Source: Nanobdellota archaeon (GTDB taxonomy: Archaea; Nanobdellota; Nanobdellia; Woesearchaeales; GW2011-AR9). Taken from it: a DNA stretch of 31,104 nt. The stretch's first letter is position 1. Every line of letters begins with the position of its first letter. The stretch spans positions 1 to 31,104 of the forward strand of contig JBBSWK010000207.1 in the NCBI GenBank assembly GCA_038046325.1, in the 5' to 3' direction. Below are positions 6,834 to 16,633 of this stretch, piece after piece. Below the pieces are notes generated by a model that was not told the DNA's origin, made no database searches, and saw nothing but the letters and a program-made list of their open reading frames with translations. The position numbers and the translations under genes are program-made.

Positions 6834-8461
6834 AGAATGTTACAATCTCTACTACGGCTATGGTAAAAGATTCTGTAATAGGAGAGGGGTCGCAAATCTG
6901 GGAATTTGCAAATGTGTATGGAGCAAAGATAGGGGAGAATACTAAAATAGGATCGTATGTAGAAGTGCAAAAAAATACGGTCATTGGAAAGAATGTCATC
7001 GTTTCTTCCCACTCATTTATCTGCTCTTTAGTTACCATAGAAGATAATGTATTTGTTGGCCATGGAGTTATGACCATCAACGATCTTTATCCGCCGTCGA
7101 AAAGAAGAACCGGAACAGATGCAGGATGGAAATCAACCTTAATTAAAAAAAATGCAGTGATTGGAAGCAACGCTACCTTGATGCCGGTAACTATAGGTGA
7201 AAATTCAATTGTCGGTGCCGGAGCAGTGGTTACCAAGGATGTTCCAGATAATTGTATTGTAGCGGGAAATCCTGCGAAAATTATAGGGCAACTGCCTCAA
7301 GACCAGAGAAATGCCAGTGGCGCTATGAAAATACCCTTGGCTGATTTAAAATTACAGCATGCAAAAATACGTGATGAGCTAGACACGGCGATCAAGAAAG
7401 TGATTGATGATTGTTCGTTTATCATGTCGGAACAAATGGGTGTATTTGAAAAAAACTTTGCCGAATTTTGTAAGGTTAAGCATGCCCTTGGAGTGAGTAA
7501 TGGCACCAGTGCCATTTCCTTAGCCTTAGAAGCTTGTGGCATTAAAGAAGGAGATGAAGTAATTACTACCCCCCACACTTTTATTGCCAGCACGGAAGCA
7601 ATCTCCAAAGCAGGAGCAAAAATAAAGTTTGTGGATATCGAAGAAAAAACCAATTTGATTGATGTTAAAAAAATAGAATCAGCAATCACGGAAAAAACGA
7701 AGGCTATCCTCGCTGTTCATATGAATGGCCTCATGTGTGATATGGAGAGTATACGAACAATTGCTGATAAATATGGTCTGAAAGTCATAGAGGATGCTGC
7801 TCAAGCGCATGGCGCGTTGTATAAGCATAACTCTCCTGGCTACTATAGTGATGCAGCTACGTTTAGTTTTTATCCTGGGAAAAATCTCGGTGCCTTTGGA
7901 GATGCCGGGGCAGTAGTGACTAACCATGATCACATAGCAGAAAAAATAGCGATGCTGCGGAATCATGGCCGAAAACCAGGTGACAAATATCTTCACCAGA
8001 TAGAAGGTTATAACGAGAGATTAGATAGCCTTCAAGCAGCGGTGCTTACCGTAAAATTAAGGCATCTTCAGGAATGGAATGAACAAAGGATTAAAAATGC
8101 ACAGTTATACCATCAATACCTGCACACTGCAGGTCTCATTTTACCTCTCGCTCCAGAAAATTGCAAACATGTGTATCATCAGTATCCTATCCGCTGTAAA
8201 GATGGGGAAAGGGAAAAATTAATTCAGTTCTTAAAAGAGCACGGTATTAGTACAGGAATTAATTATCCTCTTCCTTTACATTTACAGCCAGCCTATGCTT
8301 ATATGGGCCATAAAAAAGGGGATTTCCCCGTAGCAGAGATGGTGACTGCAGAGGTTATCTCTTTACCTATGTTTCCTGAATTACAGGAAGAGCAAATTAA
8401 ATATGTAGCAGAAACAATTCATCAATTTTTAACTTTAAGAAATAAAACTGGAATACCATGA
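6830..8461 (+). CDS. Fusion of a hexapeptide-repeat N-acetyltransferase (WbpD/FdtC-like) and a DegT/DnrJ/EryC1/StrS PLP aminotransferase
   Basis: N-terminal IGEGSQIW/IGENTKIG/IGAGAVVTKDVP...AGNPAK. From residue about 166: MKIPLADL, VSNGTSA, EDAAQAHG, SFYPGKNLGAFGDAG, YNERLDSLQAA, SLPMFPEL. ATGA overlap with the upstream gene. Confidence 0.92.
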   Translation: MKNVTISTTAMVKDSVIGEGSQIWEFANVYGAKIGENTKIGSYVEVQKNTVIGKNVIVSSHSFICSLVTIEDNVFVGHGVMTINDLYPPSKRRTGTDAGWKSTLIKKNAVIGSNATLMPVTIGENSIVGAGAVVTKDVPDNCIVAGNPAKIIGQLPQDQRNASGAMKIPLADLKLQHAKIRDELDTAIKKVIDDCSFIMSEQMGVFEKNFAEFCKVKHALGVSNGTSAISLALEACGIKEGDEVITTPHTFIASTEAISKAGAKIKFVDIEEKTNLIDVKKIESAITEKTKAILAVHMNGLMCDMESIRTIADKYGLKVIEDAAQAHGALYKHNSPGYYSDAATFSFYPGKNLGAFGDAGAVVTNHDHIAEKIAMLRNHGRKPGDKYLHQIEGYNERLDSLQAAVLTVKLRHLQEWNEQRIKNAQLYHQYLHTAGLILPLAPENCKHVYHQYPIRCKDGEREKLIQFLKEHGISTGINYPLPLHLQPAYAYMGHKKGDFPVAEMVTAEVISLPMFPELQEEQIKYVAETIHQFLTLRNKTGIP

Positions 8462-9432
8462 ATAAAGAGCTATTCAAAAATAAAGTAGTCCTGGTTACGG
8501 GCGGAGCAGGTTTTATAGGCAGCCATTTAGTTGATAAAGCGTTGGAGTTAGGGGCAGAAAAAGTGGTTTGTTACGATAATCTTATTGGAACTAATAATAG
8601 CCTTGCCAATATCGCTCATCGTAAGTCTGATCCGCGGTTTACTTTTGTTAAAGCGGATATTAAGCATTATCAGGAAATAAAGCCTTGGGTGGAAGAAAGT
8701 GATATTATTTTCAACGAGGCAGCTTCAAAGTTAGTGGTTAGTTTAAAGGATCCAACTATTGATGTTCAAACCAATGTAGTGGGTAATTTTAATGTAGCAG
8801 AAATTCTACGGAAAAGCGAAAGTGATGCCAGGATAATACATGCTTCTACAGGATCGGTGTTTGGCAGCAATGATAGGCCGTTTGAAGAGACCGATCCAAT
8901 GAATCCTTCTACTGTGTATGGCATAAGTAAATTGGCGGCCGAAAAATATTTCTTGTTATACCATCGGCTTTATGGGATTAAAGCTACAGTATTACGTTAT
9001 TTTCATGTCTTTGGGCCAAGGCAGGATTTTACTGGCGAAGCAGGAGTAGTGGGAATTTTTGTATCTCGGGTGCTTAAGGGATTACCTCCTCAGGTATGCG
9101 GCACTGGGGAAGCCATTCGCTGTTTCACTTTTGTGAATGATGCGGTTGATGCCAACATTCTTTTGTATAAGAATAACAGTTCAATTGGGCAGGATTATAA
9201 TGTCGCTTCTCGGAACAGAGTCAGTGTGCTTCAACTGGCTAATGAGGTGATATCTAAGTACGGTACTCCTGGCATGAAGCCGGAGTTTATCGCTCCGCGG
9301 CTGGGAGAAAATTTTAAACCTATACCCAGTACTAAAAAAATAGAAAATCTGGGATTTAAGGAATCGGTTACTTTTAACGAGGGGTTGGAAAGAACCAAGC
9401 AGTGGATTGCTGTTCAGTTGGGACACAATTAA
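8458..9432 (+). CDS. Extended SDR NAD-dependent nucleotide-sugar epimerase/dehydratase
   Basis: VLVTGGAGFIGSHL, ASTGSVFG, YGISK (YxxxK), LRYFHVFGPRQ, RCFTFVNDAV. ATGA overlap. Confidence 0.92.
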   Translation: MNKELFKNKVVLVTGGAGFIGSHLVDKALELGAEKVVCYDNLIGTNNSLANIAHRKSDPRFTFVKADIKHYQEIKPWVEESDIIFNEAASKLVVSLKDPTIDVQTNVVGNFNVAEILRKSESDARIIHASTGSVFGSNDRPFEETDPMNPSTVYGISKLAAEKYFLLYHRLYGIKATVLRYFHVFGPRQDFTGEAGVVGIFVSRVLKGLPPQVCGTGEAIRCFTFVNDAVDANILLYKNNSSIGQDYNVASRNRVSVLQLANEVISKYGTPGMKPEFIAPRLGENFKPIPSTKKIENLGFKESVTFNEGLERTKQWIAVQLGHN

Positions 9433-9484
9433 TAGATTATTTTATTAAATTCTTTATTTTGGGCTGTGCTTCATAATCATAAAG

Positions 9485-9492
9485 TTTATATG
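9485..9492 (+). promoter_or_regulatory. TATA-like box
   Basis: TTTATATG preceded by aaag, 24 nt before ATG 9516 and only 6 nt before ATG 9498. Confidence 0.45.
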
Positions 9493-9515
9493 TAATTATG
9501 AAGAAAACCAGCAAC

Positions 9516-10472
9516 ATGAGAGGTTCTCCAAGTATAAAAGCAAAGCCAGAGATTAGTATTGTTGCTCCAGCTTACAACGAACAAGGATGCATTGAAGAAT
9601 TTGTGCAAGAAGCAGACAAGGCTTTTGATGAAAATGGGTATTCTGGCGAAATTATTGTCATTAACGATGCCAGCCGGGATAATACTTTGCCTATCTTACT
9701 TTCCCTACAGAAAAAGTTTCCAAGGTTAAGGATTATTTCGCATCGCAAGAATCGCGGCCTCACCTCGGCTATGATCACCGGCATTGAAAATGCCCGCTAT
9801 GATATTATATTTTTTACTTCTTCCGATTTGGAATCGCATACAAGGGAAGATCTTCCCAAACTGATCGCAGCTTTGGAACAAGGATATGACGTGGCTATTG
9901 GTTGGAGAACCAATAAGCGGCAAGGATTTTTGAAAACGCTCATTTCTAAAAGCTTTAATGCAGTAGTGAGATTACTATTCAACGTTAAATTCCGCGATGT
10001 AGGTTGGGTGCGGGCATTTCGTAAAGAAGTGTATTACAATATTGAATCTATGCGTTCAGATTGGCACCGTTATTTTGTCATTTTAGCCGCGCAACAAGAG
10101 TATAAAGTTAAGGAAGTCCCGCTGCGGTTTTATCCCCGAAAGTCTGGGAAATCAAAATATGGCCGAATCGGCTTGAAAAGAATTCCTGGCGGCTTTCTTG
10201 ATTTACTGGTAATCAAGTTTCTTACCTCTTTTTCTAGGAAACCGATGCGCATGTTTGGCACTTTTGGAGCTTTCTTGACCGCCTTAGGATCGTTATGCGG
10301 CCTTTATGTGTTGTACCTTAATTTTGTGGCGTTAGAAGCAGTAGGAACGCGCGTGCCCTTAGTATTACTGACGGTTTTTTTATTCCTGACTGGCTTGCAG
10401 CTTTTCGGATTAGGATTTGTAAGCGAGCTTATCGTTTCTAACAGTAAGAAACAGAAACGAAAGCAGAGTTAG
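9516..10472 (+). CDS. GT2 glycosyltransferase, ArnC/DPM1-like with two C-terminal TM helices
   Basis: SIVAPAYNEQ, INDASRDNT, GYDVAIGWR, RDVGWVRAFR, HRYF, SKYG, C-terminal LQLFGLGFVSEL. Start 9516 is preferred over 9498 from TATA spacing. Confidence 0.88.
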   Translation: MRGSPSIKAKPEISIVAPAYNEQGCIEEFVQEADKAFDENGYSGEIIVINDASRDNTLPILLSLQKKFPRLRIISHRKNRGLTSAMITGIENARYDIIFFTSSDLESHTREDLPKLIAALEQGYDVAIGWRTNKRQGFLKTLISKSFNAVVRLLFNVKFRDVGWVRAFRKEVYYNIESMRSDWHRYFVILAAQQEYKVKEVPLRFYPRKSGKSKYGRIGLKRIPGGFLDLLVIKFLTSFSRKPMRMFGTFGAFLTALGSLCGLYVLYLNFVALEAVGTRVPLVLLTVFLFLTGLQLFGLGFVSELIVSNSKKQKRKQS

Positions 10473-10546
10473 AATTGTAGAAATATTCACTATAGAATGC
10501 CTGAAGAGCATTAACAATAAGAAATAGAAAATACGGAGAAAAAATC

Positions 10547-12457
10547 ATGTGTGGAATTGCCGGGTGGTATGGGCCGAGTAATCGGAAACTTCTGGAGAAG
10601 ATGACTTCTTTTTTAGATCATCGCGGCCCAGATGGGGAAGGTTTTTTTGTCGACAAAAAAGTTTCTTTAGGGCATAAAAGACTGAGCATTATTGATCTTA
10701 AAACTGGTCAGCAACCTATCTATAATGATGATAAATCAGCAGTTATTGTCTTTAATGGAGAAATTTATAACTATAAAGAGATCAGAAAAGATTTAGAAAA
10801 AAAGTATACCTTCAAAACTAAAAGTGATACGGAAGTTATTTTGCGCGCCTACGAGGAATATGGCCCTGAATGTGTGCAAACGTTTAATGGCATGTTTGCG
10901 TTTGCGATCTGGGATGCTAAAAAGGATCTTCTTTTTCTGGCTCGGGATAGGCTGGGAGTTAAGCCGCTGTATTATTATCAAAATGCTACCAAGCTTATGT
11001 TTGCATCAGAAATAAAAGCCTTTCTGGCCGATCCTACTTTTCCTCGTCAATTACATCATCAGGCAGTTGCCGAATACCTCACTTTCCAGAATATTATGGA
11101 TGATAAAACTTTTTTTGCAGGTGTGAAAATGCTTCTTCCGGGACATTACCTGGTGGTGCAAGAAGGGAAGGATGTGATAAAACAATATTGGGATGCTTCT
11201 TACGTGAAGAGCAATAAACAGAAGGTCGAGGAGTATTATGCTGATTTTAGGTCAATCTTGTCACGATCAGTAGCTCGGCACATGGTCAGCGATGTTCCGG
11301 TAGGGAGTTATTTAAGCGGGGGATTTGATTCTGGTTCAATAGCTACCTTTGCGGCGGGAAAAAGCCAAAAAAGGATAGAAGCGTTTACCGGAACTTTTAA
11401 AGAAGGTGGAATCTACGACGAAACAAAAGGCTCAAGGTTGGTGGCTCAAAAGATTAATGCAGTTGTTCATGAAGCAGTCGTATCTTCTCAAGATTTTGTG
11501 TCTTCCATTGAAAAAATACTGTATCATCTTGATGAACCAAAAACCGGAATACCGGTCATTTCCCAGTATGTCGTTTCAAAATTGGTGTCAGAGCAGGTCA
11601 AAGTAGTGCTTACCGGTCATGCGGGAGATGAATTGTTTGCCGGTTATCCTATTTACAAGGTTGCATATTTTAAAGATCTAGTTAGAAAAAATCCTTTTAC
11701 TGCCTTGCGCTTCTTTTCTTTCTTTACCTGGAGCGAGATGCCCCGCAGCCTTTATTTTCTATTTTTTCCCCTTTTTGATAAGGAAGTTAAACACGGCCTC
11801 TTTATCATGTTTAACAAAAGACAGCGTAAAAAATTATTGTCGAAACAATTTTATCAAGGTTTGCCGGACAAAAATACAGTTTCAGTTTTAGAAAAATTCT
11901 GTCGCCCGGATCTGAAGTCTCAAACTGACAAAATTCAATATCTGTACTTGAAAACCTATCTCCCTTCCCTGCTGGTCTGTGAGGATAAGATGGGCATGGC
12001 GCACGCGATAGAAGCAAGAGTTCCGTTCTGTGACAATGAAATGGTTGATTTTGCCAATTCCATTCCTCTGAAATTTAAATTGTATGGCCATGAACTTAAA
12101 CATATTATAAAACAGAGCATGAAGAAGGATTTGCCTTCAATACATTACCATCAGCAGAAAAAAGGCTATCCTACTCCTTTCTCTTTATGGCTGCGCAAGG
12201 ATTTAAAAGAGTATGTTTATTCGGTCCTGCTCAGCGAGAGAACCAAGCAAAGAGGAATTTTTAATCAAAAATATGTCAAAAAACTTCTTGATGCACATTG
12301 CGGCCGCAGCAAAGACGGCTTAATGGACCTGGTCAATGCCGCGCGGATATGGTCGCTTCTCAATGTTGAGTTGTGGTGCAGGATATTTATAGACGGAGAA
12401 TATGAGAAGTTCGCCACAGATAAACTTAAAAAGCCAGAAAGAGCTGTGAAGGCATGA
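10547..12457 (+). CDS. asnB: Asparagine synthase (glutamine-hydrolysing) family amidotransferase, likely glycan amidation
   Basis: MCGIAG N-terminal Cys, HRGPDGEG, GHKRLSIID, FNGEIYNY, GMFAFAIWD, ARDRLGVKPLYY, YLSGGFDSG, GHAGDELFAGY, EARVPFCD. Confidence 0.93.
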   Translation: MCGIAGWYGPSNRKLLEKMTSFLDHRGPDGEGFFVDKKVSLGHKRLSIIDLKTGQQPIYNDDKSAVIVFNGEIYNYKEIRKDLEKKYTFKTKSDTEVILRAYEEYGPECVQTFNGMFAFAIWDAKKDLLFLARDRLGVKPLYYYQNATKLMFASEIKAFLADPTFPRQLHHQAVAEYLTFQNIMDDKTFFAGVKMLLPGHYLVVQEGKDVIKQYWDASYVKSNKQKVEEYYADFRSILSRSVARHMVSDVPVGSYLSGGFDSGSIATFAAGKSQKRIEAFTGTFKEGGIYDETKGSRLVAQKINAVVHEAVVSSQDFVSSIEKILYHLDEPKTGIPVISQYVVSKLVSEQVKVVLTGHAGDELFAGYPIYKVAYFKDLVRKNPFTALRFFSFFTWSEMPRSLYFLFFPLFDKEVKHGLFIMFNKRQRKKLLSKQFYQGLPDKNTVSVLEKFCRPDLKSQTDKIQYLYLKTYLPSLLVCEDKMGMAHAIEARVPFCDNEMVDFANSIPLKFKLYGHELKHIIKQSMKKDLPSIHYHQQKKGYPTPFSLWLRKDLKEYVYSVLLSERTKQRGIFNQKYVKKLLDAHCGRSKDGLMDLVNAARIWSLLNVELWCRIFIDGEYEKFATDKLKKPERAVKA

Positions 12458-14475
12458 TCAGCATTGTCACTATCTTACTGTTCTTCATTTATCTTTGGGG
12501 CTTAGGATTTTCTGTAACTTATTTCATTTATTCAAAAAATCGAGACCCTGAAAAGCCAAAACCTGATTTTTGGGAACGGGAGATTATGAATATAGGTATT
12601 GGTTTAGGCGTTTTTGCCATTCTTTCCATCATCCTTAACTTTTTTCGTGTCCCTTTGGATTGGAAAATTTTTTTATTGCTAAGCTTGATTGTTCCCATCT
12701 ATGCAGGAGCCACCATTTTAAAAAAGAATGGGTTTAGATTGCCATTGCCAACCAGATTTCCAAAGTTGGTCTTAACCAAAAACAATTTATTTACCTTTGC
12801 AGCCCTGTTTATTTTTGCGGTTTCTCTTTACATCTACGCTTCCGGAGCTTTTGCCTATCCCTATCTTGAAGATGAAGACCCCTGGGGGCATTCAGTAGGA
12901 GTGAAATACGTTGCTCTGAATAAAGATGCCTATGATCCACATCTCAGCCCTACCGGTGCAGTAAACTTAGATTTATCATATATAGATCCTTATCCGCCAG
13001 CGTATGATGTTCTGATGGGAATATTGCATCAAACTTCACCAAATCTTACCTGGACTTTAAAATTCTTTAACGCTTTGATTATTGCCTTAGGATTTTTGTT
13101 CTTTTATTTTTTTGTAAATTTGTTGGTGCAGCACAAAACCAAAGCTTTAGTAGCTACTTTTTTTTTGGCGGCTCTTCCTAGTTACCTATCTCATTTTATC
13201 TGGGCCCATTCCATGACTATTACGCTTCTTTTTCCTGCTCTGTATGCATTTACCAAAATTTTTGAAGAGAAAAAATGGGCTATCGTTCTGGCCGTAGTCG
13301 TGGGAGGCATCTGGGTAACTCAAAATCTTTCTCAACCGATTAAACTTACCACTATACTTTTGATTTACGCAGTAGTAGCGTCGGTTGTCAACTATCGTTT
13401 TTTGAAATATCACTTTGCCGGGATTTTTGGCGGGACAATTCTTTCTCTTTTTTGGTGGATGGCTATGATACATAAATATTCTTTACAATATTTTTTTGGA
13501 GCCTACGTGAGGGTGCCAGTTGCGCTTCGAGAGACCATGATCTCAAATTCAAGTGCGGGAACTGCTGTTAATACTGCATGGACGGCAGGATTTAGCTTTT
13601 TTGGAAAATTTCTGTCCATAATTAAAACTATCACTCATCCTGGCGGATCAGGATCAAGAGCATACACCCTTGGAGATTTCTTTGTAGCAAAATCAAATAA
13701 TATGATTAATGCTCCCATAGGGATAGGTGTGGTTCTAAGTCTCCTGACTTTATTTGGACTAGCATATCTAGTGTTCAAATACCGTTCTTCTTTAGTTTCT
13801 CAAGAAAATTGTTGGAGGATAGTCGTGTTGTTTTGGCTGATCTATACTTTCTGGGTGGTAAACGGTATGACTTTTCCGATTTCCATAGCTCGGGATGCGT
13901 TTAGAACTTGGTTTCTGTTGGCGATCCCGGTTTCCATCATAGCGGCAGAAGGGAGTTATGTTTTTATTAATACTTTTAGAAAAAATAAATTGGTGCAAGT
14001 ATTACTTACGGTGCTTATAGTAGCGGGAGTGATCTTAACTTCTGGAGTACAGAAATATGAAGCGAATACCTCTATCTGGCCGACTTCTGGATCATTTTCT
14101 ACTTCTCAGGAACCATTTTTGTATGGGGAATTATTTAAACAGCTTCCGCTAAACTCCAAGGTTTTTTTATATGCTCCTCGTGATAAATTAGTGATCGGAT
14201 ACGGCATGTTTAGTTGCGATTGGTGTCTGGAAGTTACTGATTTTAGAAATGAAGTTATCTATAAAGATGCAAATGAAGTATACTCTTTTTTAAAGAAAAA
14301 TGAATATCAATATTTTATGATTAATAAACACATGGATTATAAATATTTGACAGGTAAATTCGGACAGGAGGAAGTGGAATCTTTGCTACCAAAACGATAT
14401 CAAGAATTTTTAAGCTTGCCTGCTCTGGTTCCAATTTACTCTAATGAAAATGTAATCTTGTTTATGGTGAAATAA
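12454..14475 (+). CDS. Multi-pass membrane protein, putative GT-C fold glycosyltransferase
   Basis: More than 10 hydrophobic segments. First extracellular loop EDEDPWGH...DPYPPAYD carries an acidic motif typical of GT-C enzymes. Soluble C-terminal domain. ATGA overlap with asnB. Confidence 0.6.
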   Translation: MISIVTILLFFIYLWGLGFSVTYFIYSKNRDPEKPKPDFWEREIMNIGIGLGVFAILSIILNFFRVPLDWKIFLLLSLIVPIYAGATILKKNGFRLPLPTRFPKLVLTKNNLFTFAALFIFAVSLYIYASGAFAYPYLEDEDPWGHSVGVKYVALNKDAYDPHLSPTGAVNLDLSYIDPYPPAYDVLMGILHQTSPNLTWTLKFFNALIIALGFLFFYFFVNLLVQHKTKALVATFFLAALPSYLSHFIWAHSMTITLLFPALYAFTKIFEEKKWAIVLAVVVGGIWVTQNLSQPIKLTTILLIYAVVASVVNYRFLKYHFAGIFGGTILSLFWWMAMIHKYSLQYFFGAYVRVPVALRETMISNSSAGTAVNTAWTAGFSFFGKFLSIIKTITHPGGSGSRAYTLGDFFVAKSNNMINAPIGIGVVLSLLTLFGLAYLVFKYRSSLVSQENCWRIVVLFWLIYTFWVVNGMTFPISIARDAFRTWFLLAIPVSIIAAEGSYVFINTFRKNKLVQVLLTVLIVAGVILTSGVQKYEANTSIWPTSGSFSTSQEPFLYGELFKQLPLNSKVFLYAPRDKLVIGYGMFSCDWCLEVTDFRNEVIYKDANEVYSFLKKNEYQYFMINKHMDYKYLTGKFGQEEVESLLPKRYQEFLSLPALVPIYSNENVILFMVK

Positions 14476-14778
14476 ATGGAAGAACATAATCCTTCTACAC
14501 CTACAGTGAAGCGGTCGCACAAAATATCGCACAACATATTGTTGTATTCCTTGTATTTTCTGCTGCTGCTCATGGTGTTTTTTTCCTTGCTGGCTATACG
14601 AAATGCTGGCGAAGAGGGATATGAACGATGTGTGCAGAAAAAATGCGAGCAAAAAGGAGACGCTTTTTGTTCAAAGGCCAGGGAGATAGCTAATTGCTGT
14701 GCCGGAGCCGGCGGAAATCTGGGCATGGTTAATGATCCAAACTCAGGAAGTTCAAAATATACTTGCGTGTTTAATTAA
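14476..14778 (+). CDS. Small single-pass membrane protein with six-cysteine C-terminal domain
   Basis: 100 aa ORF abutting the upstream stop. TM segment ILLYSLYFLLLLMVFFSLLAI, then C-x4-C-x7-C-x8-CC-x21-C. Confidence 0.75.
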   Translation: MEEHNPSTPTVKRSHKISHNILLYSLYFLLLLMVFFSLLAIRNAGEEGYERCVQKKCEQKGDAFCSKAREIANCCAGAGGNLGMVNDPNSGSSKYTCVFN

Positions 14779-14809
14779 GTATTTAATAGAAAAAAATGCA
14801 TGAAAGCTT

Positions 14810-16576
14810 ATGAAAATTAAAAAAACCTTAGCGGTACTCTTTTTAATTGTTGTTCTTGCTTTTATATTGCGCCTGGTGGTTGCCCAATACGTCGAAATGG
14901 TGCCGGATGAAATAGTGTATTCTCTCCTCCCTTGGAACATTATTTCCGCGCAACGGTTAGGCACGGTCGATGGTGGTCCACTGTTCTCTTATCTTACTGA
15001 TCTTAGCTATATACTATTTGGAGAGGTAAATGCCGTTTCTTCCAGATTTCCATCTATCTTCTTTGGATCGTTAACGGTTATCCTTCTGTATCTCTGTTCG
15101 CTAAAACTGTTTGGCAATAAAAAAGCAGCCTTATTTGGCGCTTTCTTATTTGCTGTTTCTGGATATGCGCTTGAAAGCAACACCGAACCGGATACGGCTG
15201 CCTACTTTTTTGCCTTACTCAGTATTTATTTTTTCTTATACTTCCTTGAAGGAAAAAGAAATTACCTGTACCTTGCTACTGCTTCCCTTACGTTAGCTGC
15301 TCTTTGTAAAATTTTACCGCTTATGCTGGTGCCGGTGTATGTATTGGTCTTTTTTCTGCACGGGAAGGGATATCTTAAAGGTGATCAAGATCATACCGGA
15401 GAACGGGGCAAAACTGATACAAAATTATTTGATAGAAAACTGCTTACCATCATAGCAGGATGTTTGGTTATAGTTTTACTGTTGCTCATGCCGGTAGTCA
15501 TGTACAATTATCTTGAATATAAAAATAACGGAAAAACAGAAAATATTGTTTCTACCTTACTGGGTATTGGCGCGCAATTTCATCCGGAAACGTCCCAAAT
15601 TGATCCTTGGAATTTTTCTACCATGGTGGGGTTTTTAAAGATTTTTGTTGCTAAGTTTTTTAGGCCCGATCCGCTGGTGGTGGGATTAGGAATAGCAGGA
15701 ATATTATTGGTGTTACTGCAAAGAAAAGCTGGACATTTTATATTCATACTTTCGGCATTGCTGTTGTTAACCTACATCGGCGGAATTACCGGCAGCGCAT
15801 CCCATTATCTCTGGATACCTTTAGTGCTAAGTTTGTTTGCAGGATATACTCTTGAGAAAAGCCAGGCCTATCTTAGTACAAAGTTTCAACTGCGCCCGAC
15901 TTCGGTCGTTTTTGTTTTTATTTTGGTAATAGCCGCTGTTTCATCCATCCATGTACAAGCAATTACTGCCGAGAAATCTGCGAGCATGGCTCTACGCGAA
16001 TATGTCGTAGATACTATTCCTAAAAATGCTATTGTAGTTATGGATCCGCGAATTTACCATGGAAGTTATGCTTGGATCTTAAACGAACGGCATTATCTTA
16101 ATGGAATCCACTTTGAAGGATTATTAAATCAAATTGCCCAATCTTCTGGCCCTACGGTAGAAGTTCCTTTGTATTACATTGAATGCAGCGGGGATACCAC
16201 TTGCGGATGGAAAGTGGAAGATTACGATAGAGTAAGTCCTTTTGCAGAAAGTTTAGCAGATTATTTGAAGAAAAATTTAGAGTATATCGGCGAAGTGGAT
16301 GCCAATCATCATTTTTTTATCCATAACGGAGTCATAACCGTGCCCTCCTCAATATTTCAAAGCATTGACAGAACGCACGTGTTTTGGGGCTCTTCAGTAG
16401 GATGGAAATATCCTGATTTGAATATTGACGAATATCCTTTGCAAGGAAGCAATAAAGTCTTTCATGTAATCGGTTTAGTATTTTTGTATCTTGATCTGTT
16501 GTTAGCTTTTTTAGCGATAGTGCTTTTATTTGTGTTTTTGAGGAGAAGTGAGAAAGGGAATAGATTAATTTCATAG
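14810..16576 (+). CDS. GT-C fold membrane glycosyltransferase (GT39/PMT_2-like)
   Basis: LRLVVAQYVEMVPDEIVYS, SRFPSIFFGSLTVILLY, EPDTAAYFF, ALCK, many TMs, extracellular domain with IECSGDTTCGW, C-terminal TM. Confidence 0.8.
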   Translation: MKIKKTLAVLFLIVVLAFILRLVVAQYVEMVPDEIVYSLLPWNIISAQRLGTVDGGPLFSYLTDLSYILFGEVNAVSSRFPSIFFGSLTVILLYLCSLKLFGNKKAALFGAFLFAVSGYALESNTEPDTAAYFFALLSIYFFLYFLEGKRNYLYLATASLTLAALCKILPLMLVPVYVLVFFLHGKGYLKGDQDHTGERGKTDTKLFDRKLLTIIAGCLVIVLLLLMPVVMYNYLEYKNNGKTENIVSTLLGIGAQFHPETSQIDPWNFSTMVGFLKIFVAKFFRPDPLVVGLGIAGILLVLLQRKAGHFIFILSALLLLTYIGGITGSASHYLWIPLVLSLFAGYTLEKSQAYLSTKFQLRPTSVVFVFILVIAAVSSIHVQAITAEKSASMALREYVVDTIPKNAIVVMDPRIYHGSYAWILNERHYLNGIHFEGLLNQIAQSSGPTVEVPLYYIECSGDTTCGWKVEDYDRVSPFAESLADYLKKNLEYIGEVDANHHFFIHNGVITVPSSIFQSIDRTHVFWGSSVGWKYPDLNIDEYPLQGSNKVFHVIGLVFLYLDLLLAFLAIVLLFVFLRRSEKGNRLIS

Positions 16577-16633
16577 TTCTCCGATCCTACCAAAAGGAAT
16601 AAATAGTTGTAGACTGCTTTTATAGGAATAACG

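Noticed and set aside
10547-12457. asnB as a housekeeping asparagine biosynthesis gene
   Set aside because: Its position among sugar-modifying genes and its coupling to a GT-C-like gene fit glycan amidation better. A housekeeping role cannot be excluded without assay.
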